Positions 22,906-31,743 of a stretch of 32,000 nucleotides of DNA are shown piece after piece. The notes beneath the pieces are model-generated. The model did not search any database and was not told where the DNA came from. It saw nothing but the letters and a program-made list of their open reading frames with translations. Origin of the DNA: an uncultured Nitrososphaerota archaeon (GTDB taxonomy: Archaea; Korarchaeota; Korarchaeia; Korarchaeales; Korarchaeaceae). The number at the start of each line of letters is the position of its first letter. Position 1 is the first letter of the stretch. The position numbers and the translations under genes are program-made. The stretch lies in the NCBI GenBank assembly GCA_964480775.1, contig CAYZRF010000012.1, positions 1-32,000 on the forward strand, given 5' to 3'.

Positions 22906-24224
22906 TTAAAAAGACCATCAACCTTTGCTTTCCAAGCTCTAAAATCGTCTGGTGTATCTGGGTATGAATAATAGAGCTCTCTAGCCTTATCCATGTAATC
23001 TTTTATCCTTTTCAACCTAGCGAGTAGGGAGGGTCTAGATAGCAATCTAATCGCAGAAGATACCTTCGATACTAGAGCTGAGCCAACGTCTCCTTTGTAA
23101 CCTATTTCTCCCACATCAGCTGATGTTATAACCTTTTTTTCGAACAGAAAATTGAGTTCGTCATCGCTCATAAGCTGGAGATACATCCTTAAAACATCAA
23201 GACCTGCCTGTTTTGCCCCATATATTTTCATGTACTCGTTGTGATAGCCCCAGAGACCATAAATAGAAGGATCGTCTCGTGATAAAGCTTCTTCGATGAT
23301 TTTAGCTGCTGCTTTCGCGCTTAGCATGGCTGGACCCATTCCACCTCCATGGATTGGATTTGAGGTACAGGCAGCGTCTCCTATTGCCACGAATCCATTC
23401 CAAACCATGCAAGAAATCGTTCTTCTAGTAGGACAAATCCCTCCTCCAGCATGTATTACCTTCTTAATCCCTTTTATTCTAGGCTTTAAGTACTTTTCGT
23501 AGTTCTTCTCAGGGTTTGGACTTTTATCGCCTCCTTTAACACCCAAACCAACATTGACGACATTCTCGTTCTTAGGGAACCACCACCAATATCCACCAGG
23601 AGCTATGGTAGTAGAGAGATATATGACGGCATATCCCGTCTCAATACCTCCTTCTGTTTCTATTATCTCCCTATAACAAACATCATAGTCCTCGGCGGGA
23701 ATTTTTTCTGAGACAAACCAATCACTCGGAAGTTTACTTCTAACAGCCGCTGTAACACCTGTTGCATCTATAATAACTCTGGATTTAATTTGCTTCTTCT
23801 CTTTTGTTCTCAAATCTATAATTTGAAGTCCCCTAAGCCACGAACCATCCGTAATCGGTTTCAAAACAGCATGTTTGTCAAGTAGACTCACTCCAGCATC
23901 TAACGACATTTTCCTCAATCTTTTAACAAACAGTGGTCTGTTGAGAGCATATCCTTCACCTCCAACTGTAATTTCATCTCTTTCATTTGGTGCGATAACT
24001 TTGACCCCTTTGAAAATCCCTGCAAGTTCTTCTCCATAGGGATGTTCCAGTCCTATCTCGTCAAAGTGATGCTTACCTATTGCATCTCCACATACTTTCA
24101 TCGTATCATCTTCATGCTTTTGTTCTATCATGACAACATTGAATCCCTTGGATGCTAAGAGATATGAAACGAAAGATCCCGCTATTCCTCCCCCAGCTAC
24201 CAACACATCGTACTTTTTTTCCAT
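22875..24224 (-). CDS. Geranylgeranyl reductase family FAD-dependent oxidoreductase (digeranylgeranylglycerophospholipid reductase-like)
   Basis: 449 aa. The Rossmann dinucleotide motif is YDVLVAGGGIAGS. Also present are KVCGDAIG and AIGDAACTSNPIHGGGMGPAM, typical of archaeal GGR. AGGTG lies 8 nt upstream of the ATG. Confidence 0.8.
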   Translation of the reverse strand: MEKKYDVLVAGGGIAGSFVSYLLASKGFNVVMIEQKHEDDTMKVCGDAIGKHHFDEIGLEHPYGEELAGIFKGVKVIAPNERDEITVGGEGYALNRPLFVKRLRKMSLDAGVSLLDKHAVLKPITDGSWLRGLQIIDLRTKEKKQIKSRVIIDATGVTAAVRSKLPSDWFVSEKIPAEDYDVCYREIIETEGGIETGYAVIYLSTTIAPGGYWWWFPKNENVVNVGLGVKGGDKSPNPEKNYEKYLKPRIKGIKKVIHAGGGICPTRRTISCMVWNGFVAIGDAACTSNPIHGGGMGPAMLSAKAAAKIIEEALSRDDPSIYGLWGYHNEYMKIYGAKQAGLDVLRMYLQLMSDDELNFLFEKKVITSADVGEIGYKGDVGSALVSKVSSAIRLLSRPSLLARLKRIKDYMDKARELYYSYPDTPDDFRAWKAKVDGLFNQYRTWLSGL

Positions 24225-24319
24225 TTTTCACACCTAATGCCAAAATCAAATTAGAGTGCAAGATGAAACCTATAAAGTGAGGAGTGTGGGAAGTCAAATC
24301 AAGTGAGGTAGATTGCACC

Positions 24320-24763
24320 ATGAAAATGGATGATAATATCAGGGTTGCAATTGAGAGAAAGTTAAAGCAAACGATAGATGGGATAGATGAAACTCTACAT
24401 CAAATGGTTAAAAGAGAAGAGCTAGGAATAGAAGACATAAGAAAGGCACTTTTAGGCTTAAAACCCGGTTTTTCCCTTCTTTCCCAAAGATGGGTTCTAG
24501 AGATTCTATATGTCCTCCTATTTATGGGGCCGATGGGGTTCAATGAAATCAAGAGACTGCTGGAAATTAGCTCAAGAAGTCTTTCAGACAAATTGAAATC
24601 CTTAGAGTTATTAGGATATGTCGAAAGAAATGTAACTCTAGGACCTCCAATAAGAAGCACTTACAAATTAACTAAAAAAGGAGTAGAGGTCTCTTTGTTG
24701 GCTCTTCCATTAATCTACTACTTGTCCTATGGACCCATTAAGGAGAACTGTAACCAATCATAA
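24320..24763 (+). CDS. HxlR-type winged-helix transcriptional regulator
   Basis: LSQRWVLEILYVLLFMGPMGFNEIKRLLEISSRSLSDKLKSLELLGYVERNV...STYKLTKKG matches the HxlR wHTH pattern. ATG 24320, with GTGAGGT 10 nt upstream, is preferred over the ORF-track GTG at 24284. The gene is divergent from the GGR gene. Confidence 0.7.
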   Translation: MKMDDNIRVAIERKLKQTIDGIDETLHQMVKREELGIEDIRKALLGLKPGFSLLSQRWVLEILYVLLFMGPMGFNEIKRLLEISSRSLSDKLKSLELLGYVERNVTLGPPIRSTYKLTKKGVEVSLLALPLIYYLSYGPIKENCNQS

Positions 24764-24801
24764 ATTGAATAAACACCTTACAATAATGGAGGGTGTTTAT
24801 T

Positions 24802-25041
24802 GTGGAGACCAAGAAAGAGAAGAAAAAGCGCAAAACGACTGATTTTGTTATAGAAGAATATGACAGATTGAAGAACGATGTTGAGAAAGCGATTCGTATC
24901 TCTATTAAGGTAAAAATTCACAAACCAGAATCCATTACAGATGAAGAGTTTAGGGCACTAGAAGAAGATCCGGAATTCAAGAAGAAGGTAGAAGACTTGG
25001 TTATTTCTTATGTTAAGAGTAAAAGAGAGAAGGAAGGGTAA
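24802..25041 (+). CDS. Hypothetical small Lys/Glu-rich protein (about 79 aa)
   Basis: The ORF runs 24793-25041. The second GTG, at 24802, lies about 9 nt after GGAGGG. The protein is highly charged (KKEKKKRK ... EEDPEFKKKVEDL) and ends 5 nt before the permease gene. No family is recognised. Confidence 0.4.
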   Translation: METKKEKKKRKTTDFVIEEYDRLKNDVEKAIRISIKVKIHKPESITDEEFRALEEDPEFKKKVEDLVISYVKSKREKEG

Positions 25042-25046
25042 TCGAG

Positions 25047-26339
25047 TTGATTCCTCAACAGGTCCAAACTCCAATGCTACTAATCTTTCTCCTCACGATC
25101 ATAGCCTTGATTATAGAGAAATATCACATGGTAGTGGCTGCTATGATAGGTGCAGCCTTGACAATTCTCTTTGGTTCTTTCATTTACAATGCCTTCACTC
25201 CTGAAGAGGCATTCACGCAATTTATCGATGGGTCTACATTAAGACTGGTTCTTGGAATCCTTCTCTTGATGGAAGGCCTTGCTAAGTCGGGCCTCTTTCA
25301 GTTTATAGGACTTTGGGTGGTTAAACTTGTAGGAAACAGGCCAAGAATACTCTTTTCGGCGTTTATGTTTCTAACAGCAATACTAACTACTTCTATACCT
25401 AACTTACCTGCCATGCTCATAATTGGTGCAATAACAGCTTCGATAGCTAAGTCTCTAAGGTTAAGACTTAGAACATGGATCATGTATGAGGCCATAGCCT
25501 GCAACGCAGGTTCGATCGGTCTTATGATAAGCTCAATTCCAAACCTCATCCTTGCGTCAGAATTTGGTTTTAGCTTCTCCCAATTTGTAAGGACCACGCT
25601 TCCCCTCTCTCTGCTGGTTGTTTTTATTATAACATTAATTGGTCTGAGGACGGCAAATCTAATAGAAGAAGGAGAAGGGGAGGTAGATATGTCTTCTTTA
25701 GATCCTTGGCAAGCAGTTCGAGATAAAGGGATCCTGATTAGATCGACTGCAATCTTCTTTGCAACAATAATTCTTTTCTTCCTACATGAAAAGACCGGAA
25801 TTCCTTTGGATGTAGTTGCCTTAGGGGGAGCCGTAATAATGTTGTGGATCGGAGTAACGGAGCCTGAAGAGCTTTTTAGGTCAATAAATTGGGGAGTCTT
25901 CTTCTTTTTGGGGGCATTCTACATAATAATAGGCTCCATGGAGAGGACGGGAGCTTTGGACATTTTAGCAAAAGTTGTAACACCAATATACGCAAAGCAA
26001 CCCATAATCTCACTCTCTGCAACCCTGTGGATAAGTGGGATGGCAAGCGGATTAATAGATAATATACCAGTGACTCTGACTCTGCTTCCAGTAATAAAGA
26101 AAGCAGCAGAGACATCCCAAATACCTCTAATCCGCCTGGCATGGGCTACAGGAATAGGAGCAAATGTTGGAGGAAGCCTAACCTATTTTGCGTCTCCTCC
26201 TTCTGTAGTAGCAATCAGCATATTGGAGAGAGAAGATCCTGGTTTCTCCCCTGCAGACTTCATGAAGCTGGGAGTCCCATTAACCATCATACAACTGATA
26301 GTTGCAAACGCCTATCTTTTCCTCTGGCCCTTTTTCTGA
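25047..26339 (+). CDS. ArsB/NhaD (ion transporter superfamily, CitMHS-like) permease
   Basis: 430 aa polytopic membrane protein with two homologous hydrophobic halves separated by a charged loop (EEGEGEVDMSSLDPWQAVRDK), the usual layout of ArsB/NhaD/SLC13-like permeases. The real start may be ATG 25074. Confidence 0.65.
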   Translation: MIPQQVQTPMLLIFLLTIIALIIEKYHMVVAAMIGAALTILFGSFIYNAFTPEEAFTQFIDGSTLRLVLGILLLMEGLAKSGLFQFIGLWVVKLVGNRPRILFSAFMFLTAILTTSIPNLPAMLIIGAITASIAKSLRLRLRTWIMYEAIACNAGSIGLMISSIPNLILASEFGFSFSQFVRTTLPLSLLVVFIITLIGLRTANLIEEGEGEVDMSSLDPWQAVRDKGILIRSTAIFFATIILFFLHEKTGIPLDVVALGGAVIMLWIGVTEPEELFRSINWGVFFFLGAFYIIIGSMERTGALDILAKVVTPIYAKQPIISLSATLWISGMASGLIDNIPVTLTLLPVIKKAAETSQIPLIRLAWATGIGANVGGSLTYFASPPSVVAISILEREDPGFSPADFMKLGVPLTIIQLIVANAYLFLWPFF

Positions 26340-26887
26340 TCTGAATTGCTTTCTCTTTCCTCTGGTATTCCTGTAATCAAGAAAGTCAACTGGTTAACGA
26401 ATCTTTCAAATTTTTCTTTAAAGAGATCATAACCTGTCTTTAGTGCATCATATACGATAAGTGCAGCAAGTACCAAGAACACAACTGAAAGAAGGGTACC
26501 TATAATCTTGCTTGGAATGAATGTAAATAGTGGTGATAAACCAAACCAAGCTAACAAGAGACCTATCATGTAGATTATGTCGTTGCCAATCCGTTTGAGT
26601 CCACCGGTCTCCTCAAAACCAAGGATCTTAGATAGTCTATCAGATATTACGTTAAGAAGAAACAAAAGGCTAATAACGACTCTTTGGCCAAAATATGCTA
26701 TCGTTGCAAGTCTCACAGCATCAATGATTAATTTCGATGGTATCTGAAGGTTAAAGACCTCTACAGCACTATCTTGAATCTGTTTTCTTAGAAAGGAGAG
26801 AAAGATCAAAACCAGAGCTAACTTTACTGAATTACTAATGAGATTTGTTATTTTTTCTCCGACTTCTCTCCTGCTCACTGATTTCAT
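26312..26887 (-). CDS. Hypothetical membrane protein (about 4 TM helices, basic C-terminus)
   Basis: The ORF runs 26312-26893 with a TTG start, and ATG 26887 is the likely start. It has hydrophobic helices and no recognisable motif. Confidence 0.45.
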   Translation of the reverse strand: MKSVSRREVGEKITNLISNSVKLALVLIFLSFLRKQIQDSAVEVFNLQIPSKLIIDAVRLATIAYFGQRVVISLLFLLNVISDRLSKILGFEETGGLKRIGNDIIYMIGLLLAWFGLSPLFTFIPSKIIGTLLSVVFLVLAALIVYDALKTGYDLFKEKFERFVNQLTFLITGIPEERESNSDQKKGQRKR

Positions 26888-27036
26888 ATTCAACTTAACC
26901 CTATAATGGGTTCAATAATAATTGTACCTTCTATATTGCAACCACAGCTTACGCTCCAGTCTCACTGAAACAATATTACTAAGTGCCTAACAACGATGTA
27001 AATCTATTTGTTATAAATTTTTATCAATTATCTGTA

Positions 27037-28695
27037 CTAGAGGACATCTATTCTCCTCATAAGTACTCTCTTACCTCTGTAATCTGGTAAGATCATTGGA
27101 GCTCTTCTTTCGGTCTCGATTCCAGCTTCTTCTAGCCATTTTTCGTATCTTCTTATGTGATCTAATGTTAATTTCCCAATCCTAGCGTTTTTGACATATT
27201 TCGCTGCATTTATGCCAGCCCTCCGTCCAAAGACTAGATAATCCAAAATTGAGTTCCCCATAAGCCTGTTTTTCCCATGAACTCCTCCAGTAGTTTCACC
27301 AGCAGCGAAGAGTCCAGGAACTGTGGTCTCGCATCTTTCGTTAATTACAATGCCTCCATTCATGTAATGCAAAGTTGGAAACACTAGAACTGGGTCTTTT
27401 GTCGGATCTATGCCTACTCTACCGAACATCCTGTAGATTGCGGGAAACATCTTCTTGAAGGAACCTTCTCCTCTGATAAGATCTATCATAGGTGTATCTA
27501 GCCAAACACCCCTCATTCCTGTTGGAGTCTCTACGCCGTTGTTCCTATCCCAGCACTCTCTTATTATGGCGGCAGCTTCTACGTCTCTTGGCTCCAGGGG
27601 GAATACAAATTGTTCTCCAAATTTGTTAACTACCTGAGCCCCGCCTCCTCTGACTTTTTCAGTGATAAGAAGACCAACAATCTGCTCGGGATATGCGGCT
27701 CCCGTTGGATGGTATTGAGTGGCGTCAAGGTCCCTTAATAAAGCCCCAACATGGTAAGCTAAGATAACTCCATCCATTGTGGCTCCATAGTGGTTTGTGG
27801 TGGGAAACCCTTGGATGTGTAATCTACCGAAGCCTCCCGTAGCGAGGATGGTTGCCTTTGCTTTTGCTATACAGTATTGTTCACTCTCCATGTTCAAAAG
27901 CACAGCTCCAGCGACCTTTCCATCTTCATCAGTTATCAGTTCAACGGCAGAAGTAAACTCAACACATTTGATTCCCTTATTCCTCACCTCATCTCTAAGA
28001 ACTCTTACTATCTCCATACCAGTGTAATCTTTGCATGAGTGCATTCTTCTACAACTTGTTCCACCGCCCCATAGTTCAATCATGTTTCCCTCTTCATCTT
28101 TGTCAAACATAAGACCTAGTTCTTCCAACCATCTCATCATGTATGGAGCTTCCATAGTAAGCGTTCTAACCAGCTGACGGTTATTCGTAAAGTGACCTCC
28201 ACCTATTACATCCAAGAAATGTCTGGTCGGTGAGTCAGGAGGTCTGTCCGCTGCTTGAACACCACCTTGGCTCATTACAGAATTTGAGTCACCTAACCTA
28301 AGCTTTGTAACAATAAGTATGTCCTCAGGTGAAACGCCATTGTAAATAGCCCACAAAGCAGCCGTCATCCCCGCGCCGCCGCCCCCAATGATAAGAATGT
28401 CTGTCTCGTAGTCAACCTGTGATAGATCTATTTGTTCTGGTTGAATTAACGGATGTGCCTCAAGTAAATCTATTACTTCATGCGGAGCTATCATACCTTT
28501 GTTTGGACCGATCTTTAGTGGCCTCTTTGTGCCTTCTTTGTAATCTGGATGGTATTTCTTCAATAGTTCCTCTCTTTCTTCTAAGCTAAGACGCCTAATC
28601 TCCTCTTTTAACCTTCTTTCTCTTGTTTCCTCAACTAGCTCAATACTTTCTCTCATGTATCTGGGATAACCCCTTACTAGCTCAAATCCTGACAC
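27037..28695 (-). CDS. Fumarate reductase/succinate dehydrogenase-type FAD flavoprotein (FrdA/SdhA/TfrA-like) with an N-terminal extension of about 90 aa
   Basis: The FAD motif is DILIIGGGGAGMTAALWA. The family motifs QYHPTG, HYMNGGI and GGVHGKNRLMGNSILDYLVFGRRAG are present. Where covalent-flavin enzymes have SHT, this protein has SNS (DSNSVMSQGG). GTG start with AGGGGTGA 7 nt upstream. Confidence 0.85.
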   Translation of the reverse strand: MSGFELVRGYPRYMRESIELVEETRERRLKEEIRRLSLEEREELLKKYHPDYKEGTKRPLKIGPNKGMIAPHEVIDLLEAHPLIQPEQIDLSQVDYETDILIIGGGGAGMTAALWAIYNGVSPEDILIVTKLRLGDSNSVMSQGGVQAADRPPDSPTRHFLDVIGGGHFTNNRQLVRTLTMEAPYMMRWLEELGLMFDKDEEGNMIELWGGGTSCRRMHSCKDYTGMEIVRVLRDEVRNKGIKCVEFTSAVELITDEDGKVAGAVLLNMESEQYCIAKAKATILATGGFGRLHIQGFPTTNHYGATMDGVILAYHVGALLRDLDATQYHPTGAAYPEQIVGLLITEKVRGGGAQVVNKFGEQFVFPLEPRDVEAAAIIRECWDRNNGVETPTGMRGVWLDTPMIDLIRGEGSFKKMFPAIYRMFGRVGIDPTKDPVLVFPTLHYMNGGIVINERCETTVPGLFAAGETTGGVHGKNRLMGNSILDYLVFGRRAGINAAKYVKNARIGKLTLDHIRRYEKWLEEAGIETERRAPMILPDYRGKRVLMRRIDVL

Positions 28696-28707
28696 TTGGT
28701 ATCACCC

Positions 28708-29427
28708 CTACTCCTCTATCCTTCCTCTGTTTTCGTAGAGCCTCTTCAGCTCCTCAACGCTCATCTTCATTAACTTCTCCATTTCCTCGTCATATTTTCC
28801 ACTTTCGATCTCCTTGATCCTCTCTTGCAAATGTTTTGCTTTTGGCTGAATGTATTTCCCATATATTCTCCTTGCAAGTTGAAACACGTGATAATGGTGA
28901 ATTTCTGCTGGACACCTTATGGTACAAAGCCCGCATTGAATGCAATCAAAGGTAAGATTGGCGACTTCTTCAAAATCACCTCTTATTGCCGCTTGAATAG
29001 CATACATGACTTCTATATCTTGAGGACACGCCTTTGTACATGTATTACAGCTCACACACCTTGCTAGTTCTGGATAATATCCCAACAAGATGTTTGGAGT
29101 TGGTTTGATCTCGTCTAAATCGTAGATTGCCTTATTTGCTGGTACAAAGGGAAGTTGAGTTAGATACATTCCATCCTCCACTGTGGTCTGACATGCTAGA
29201 CCTGTGTAGAGCTTGTAGTCATCAATAAATCTGTAAACAGTTGAGCAGGCCCCACAAAATCCTCCTCTGCAACCACAGCCTCTTATGAACCTGTACCCAG
29301 CATATTCCATAGCCTTCATTATCGTTAGACCAGCAGGAACAAGGTACTCTTTCCCCATTATGTAGATTCTAACCATCTTGGTCTCTTTTTCCTTCTCTAC
29401 GACCTCCATACCCTTTATTTCTGTCAT
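28708..29427 (-). CDS. Fumarate reductase/succinate dehydrogenase-type iron-sulfur subunit (FrdB/SdhB-like)
   Basis: 239 aa. The N-terminal 2Fe-2S-like cysteines are GCGCRGGFCGAC ... LACQ. Two complete ferredoxin motifs follow, CVSCNTCTKACP and CIQCGLCTIRCP. Confidence 0.8.
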   Translation of the reverse strand: MTEIKGMEVVEKEKETKMVRIYIMGKEYLVPAGLTIMKAMEYAGYRFIRGCGCRGGFCGACSTVYRFIDDYKLYTGLACQTTVEDGMYLTQLPFVPANKAIYDLDEIKPTPNILLGYYPELARCVSCNTCTKACPQDIEVMYAIQAAIRGDFEEVANLTFDCIQCGLCTIRCPAEIHHYHVFQLARRIYGKYIQPKAKHLQERIKEIESGKYDEEMEKLMKMSVEELKRLYENRGRIEE

Positions 29428-29432
29428 GTCAT

Positions 29433-30641
29433 CTACACCTCGAGATTTCGAGCCACAACCTCAACAAGGTCAACAACATTAATATTAGTATTAAGGACTT
29501 TGGCTCCCTCAGATAAGTTCATCTTGCAAGAGGGACATGCGGTTGCGAGGACGTCAATTCCCATTTCTAATGCTTGATTGACCCTAAGCTGGGCTACCAT
29601 ATTGCTTATTCTTTCATTTGTCACCTTTAAGAAACCTCCGCCCCCACAACACTGGGTTTCAGAGCCCCTTTTATCGAACTCTTTCAGGGTACCTAACTTA
29701 GTAAGTATAAACCTCGGCTCTTCAACCACACCCATCTGTCTAGCAAGCTCACAAGGGTCGTGATAAGCAACTTTTCCAATTTCTCCTCTAAGACTAAGCG
29801 CTCCATCTTTCAGATATGAAGAGATAAGTTGCGTAGCATGAATTACTTCAAAGGGAAGTTGTCTGCCTAAAAGCATGGGATATACTGTTTTTAACTGTTT
29901 AAAGCATGTAGGACACGTAGTTACAACCCTTTCTGCACCTAATCTCACAATGGCTTCAACATTTCTTTCGGCATTTTCTTTTGCTGAGTTAACGTCGCCT
30001 ATCATAAGCCAAGGTGCCCCGCAGCATACTTCTTCATCGCCAAGCAATGTCCAATCTTCGCCTGCAGCATTAAGTATCTGAGTCATAGAAATAGCAGAAA
30101 CTCTGTTTATTCTCGTGAATGCGGTCGTGCAACCTACGAAATAGACGGTTTTTGACCTATGATTAATCGGAACCTTTTCCATTAATTTCCCTCTTTTAAC
30201 CCAGTAAAGTCTCATTTTCTTTCCCATGCCATATGGATCTCCCTTTTCCTTGAATGCAGTGATAAGAGCTTTCATGCCTTCTGGTATAAACTTGTTCTCA
30301 TACATTATCCTCCTGAACTGGTACCACAAATCGTCAGGTCTTACATCAAACCTACATTGCTCTGTGCATGCTCCGCAAAGTGTGCACTCATATACCTTTG
30401 AAATAGAACTCTTTATGAAGTACTCTTTGAGAGGTACCTGCTCTTGTAACGAACTTACAATTCCCTGGGATCTTTCCACGATCCTTCTTAAAGCCCTTCC
30501 TTTGTTCACAGGCAAATGCTTTGAGTTGCCTGTAGCCTTGAATACAGGACACTCGACGATACACTCTCCACATGCGGTGCACAGCCTTAGTCTCTCAAGT
30601 TCTTCAGGCCCTAGTTCAGCTTTCACGTGTACAAGTCTCAT
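29433..30641 (-). CDS. HdrD/GlcF/GlpC-like Fe-S oxidoreductase (2x[4Fe-4S] + two CCG cysteine-rich domains)
   Basis: 402 aa. Ferredoxin motifs are CTACGECIVECP and CTLCGACTEQC. Two CCG motifs are present, VCCGAPW and QCCGGGG, each followed by distal Cys pairs (CPTC, CPSC). Confidence 0.85.
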   Translation of the reverse strand: MRLVHVKAELGPEELERLRLCTACGECIVECPVFKATGNSKHLPVNKGRALRRIVERSQGIVSSLQEQVPLKEYFIKSSISKVYECTLCGACTEQCRFDVRPDDLWYQFRRIMYENKFIPEGMKALITAFKEKGDPYGMGKKMRLYWVKRGKLMEKVPINHRSKTVYFVGCTTAFTRINRVSAISMTQILNAAGEDWTLLGDEEVCCGAPWLMIGDVNSAKENAERNVEAIVRLGAERVVTTCPTCFKQLKTVYPMLLGRQLPFEVIHATQLISSYLKDGALSLRGEIGKVAYHDPCELARQMGVVEEPRFILTKLGTLKEFDKRGSETQCCGGGGFLKVTNERISNMVAQLRVNQALEMGIDVLATACPSCKMNLSEGAKVLNTNINVVDLVEVVARNLEV

Positions 30642-31743
30642 CTAGGTTCCCCCCGTACTCCTCAAGCTCCTCTTCGTAGAACTCTCTTAGAGGAGGTTTC
30701 TCTTCTGGATCTCTTCCGGGTACGTAGTCAAATAAGGCCTGATTTTCTTCTGCCAAAAGAACGAAAAACTCGCTTAGCTTGATTTGCTTGGGACACGCTT
30801 GTTGACATAAGCCGCATGTTATGCAGGACGTTGACATGTGAAGAGCCCTTCCTAGATGAAACTGAATTTTCGCTTCTGGTAGAGGAAATGTTCCTTCTTT
30901 AGGGCTCCAATTAAGGAATCGTCTTGTAACATATTCATACCTGTCAGCGTCGAAGAAGCACTCTTCGCAGAAGCAAATGGGACATACTTCCATACAATTG
31001 TGGCAATTAATACAATCCTGAAAGAACTCATTTATCTTCTCTGGACCAGCCAGATCTTGACGAGACTTCTCAAGAAATTCTTTCCTTCTCTCCTTTCTAA
31101 TGTCAATAACCTCTAGAGCCTCGTCTTCTAATTCCTGAACTGAGAAACCAAGTTTCTCCATTAAATGATATCCCTTTTCACTAGAAGTCTCTACTACAAG
31201 ACCCTTTCCTCCTAAACTAATGAAACAGAGGTTAAGATCTGAATATGGAGCCTTAGGGTACATGCATATCTTACAAGCTTCCCTAAAGGCATCATCTTCT
31301 CTGCTATAGTAGCTTTTCAACAAGCTCTCCTCTGGGGACTCTCCTCCCTCAATCATGTCAATGAAGTCCAGAACGTGATAAGTTCCCAGACATTCAACCG
31401 TCATGAGCAGAAGGTTCTCTAGGGAAACCTGATCAAACTTGCTGAGTTCTATTACTGCTCTTGTCTCACATGGCTTCAGCAGTACAGCAATCTTTTCACC
31501 GCTGTAACCATTTGTAGTAATCCAAGAGGAAAGAGTTGCCATGGAGTAACCTGAGATGACAGGAGAAATTGGTACGAGCTGAGAAAGCTCCTCTTTACTC
31601 GTAAAAAGACAGGGATAAATAAGACCTGAGTTGTTCCTCCTATACCCCAATATCCCCCTTAGAAGCCCCTTTTCCATTGCTTGCCTAAGCACGAATCTGA
31701 TGGCATCTCTTGGGTCCCTTTCAGGGATGAAAACTCCTTTCAT
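30616..31743 (-). CDS. Fe-S electron-transfer subunit (AsrA/HydB/FlxC-like or FrhB-like; exact family uncertain)
   Basis: 375 aa. It carries CINCHNCMEVCPICFCEEC (CxxCxxCxxxCPxCxC) and CITCGLCQQACP. The N-terminal half contains LLKPCETRAV. The gene overlaps the upstream MvhD-like gene by 4 nt and the downstream HdrD-like gene by 26 nt. Confidence 0.6.
   Translation of the reverse strand: MKGVFIPERDPRDAIRFVLRQAMEKGLLRGILGYRRNNSGLIYPCLFTSKEELSQLVPISPVISGYSMATLSSWITTNGYSGEKIAVLLKPCETRAVIELSKFDQVSLENLLLMTVECLGTYHVLDFIDMIEGGESPEESLLKSYYSREDDAFREACKICMYPKAPYSDLNLCFISLGGKGLVVETSSEKGYHLMEKLGFSVQELEDEALEVIDIRKERRKEFLEKSRQDLAGPEKINEFFQDCINCHNCMEVCPICFCEECFFDADRYEYVTRRFLNWSPKEGTFPLPEAKIQFHLGRALHMSTSCITCGLCQQACPKQIKLSEFFVLLAEENQALFDYVPGRDPEEKPPLREFYEEELEEYGGNLDETCTRES

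Noticed and set aside
22551-22921. Minus-strand ORFs 22551-22793 and 22595-22921.
   Set aside because: They are antisense to the ORF carrying the DUF2752 signature (CP.....TG.PCP.CG.TRA), and neither has a recognisable motif. The 22595-22921 ORF also overlaps the 3' end of the GGR gene on the same strand but in a different frame.
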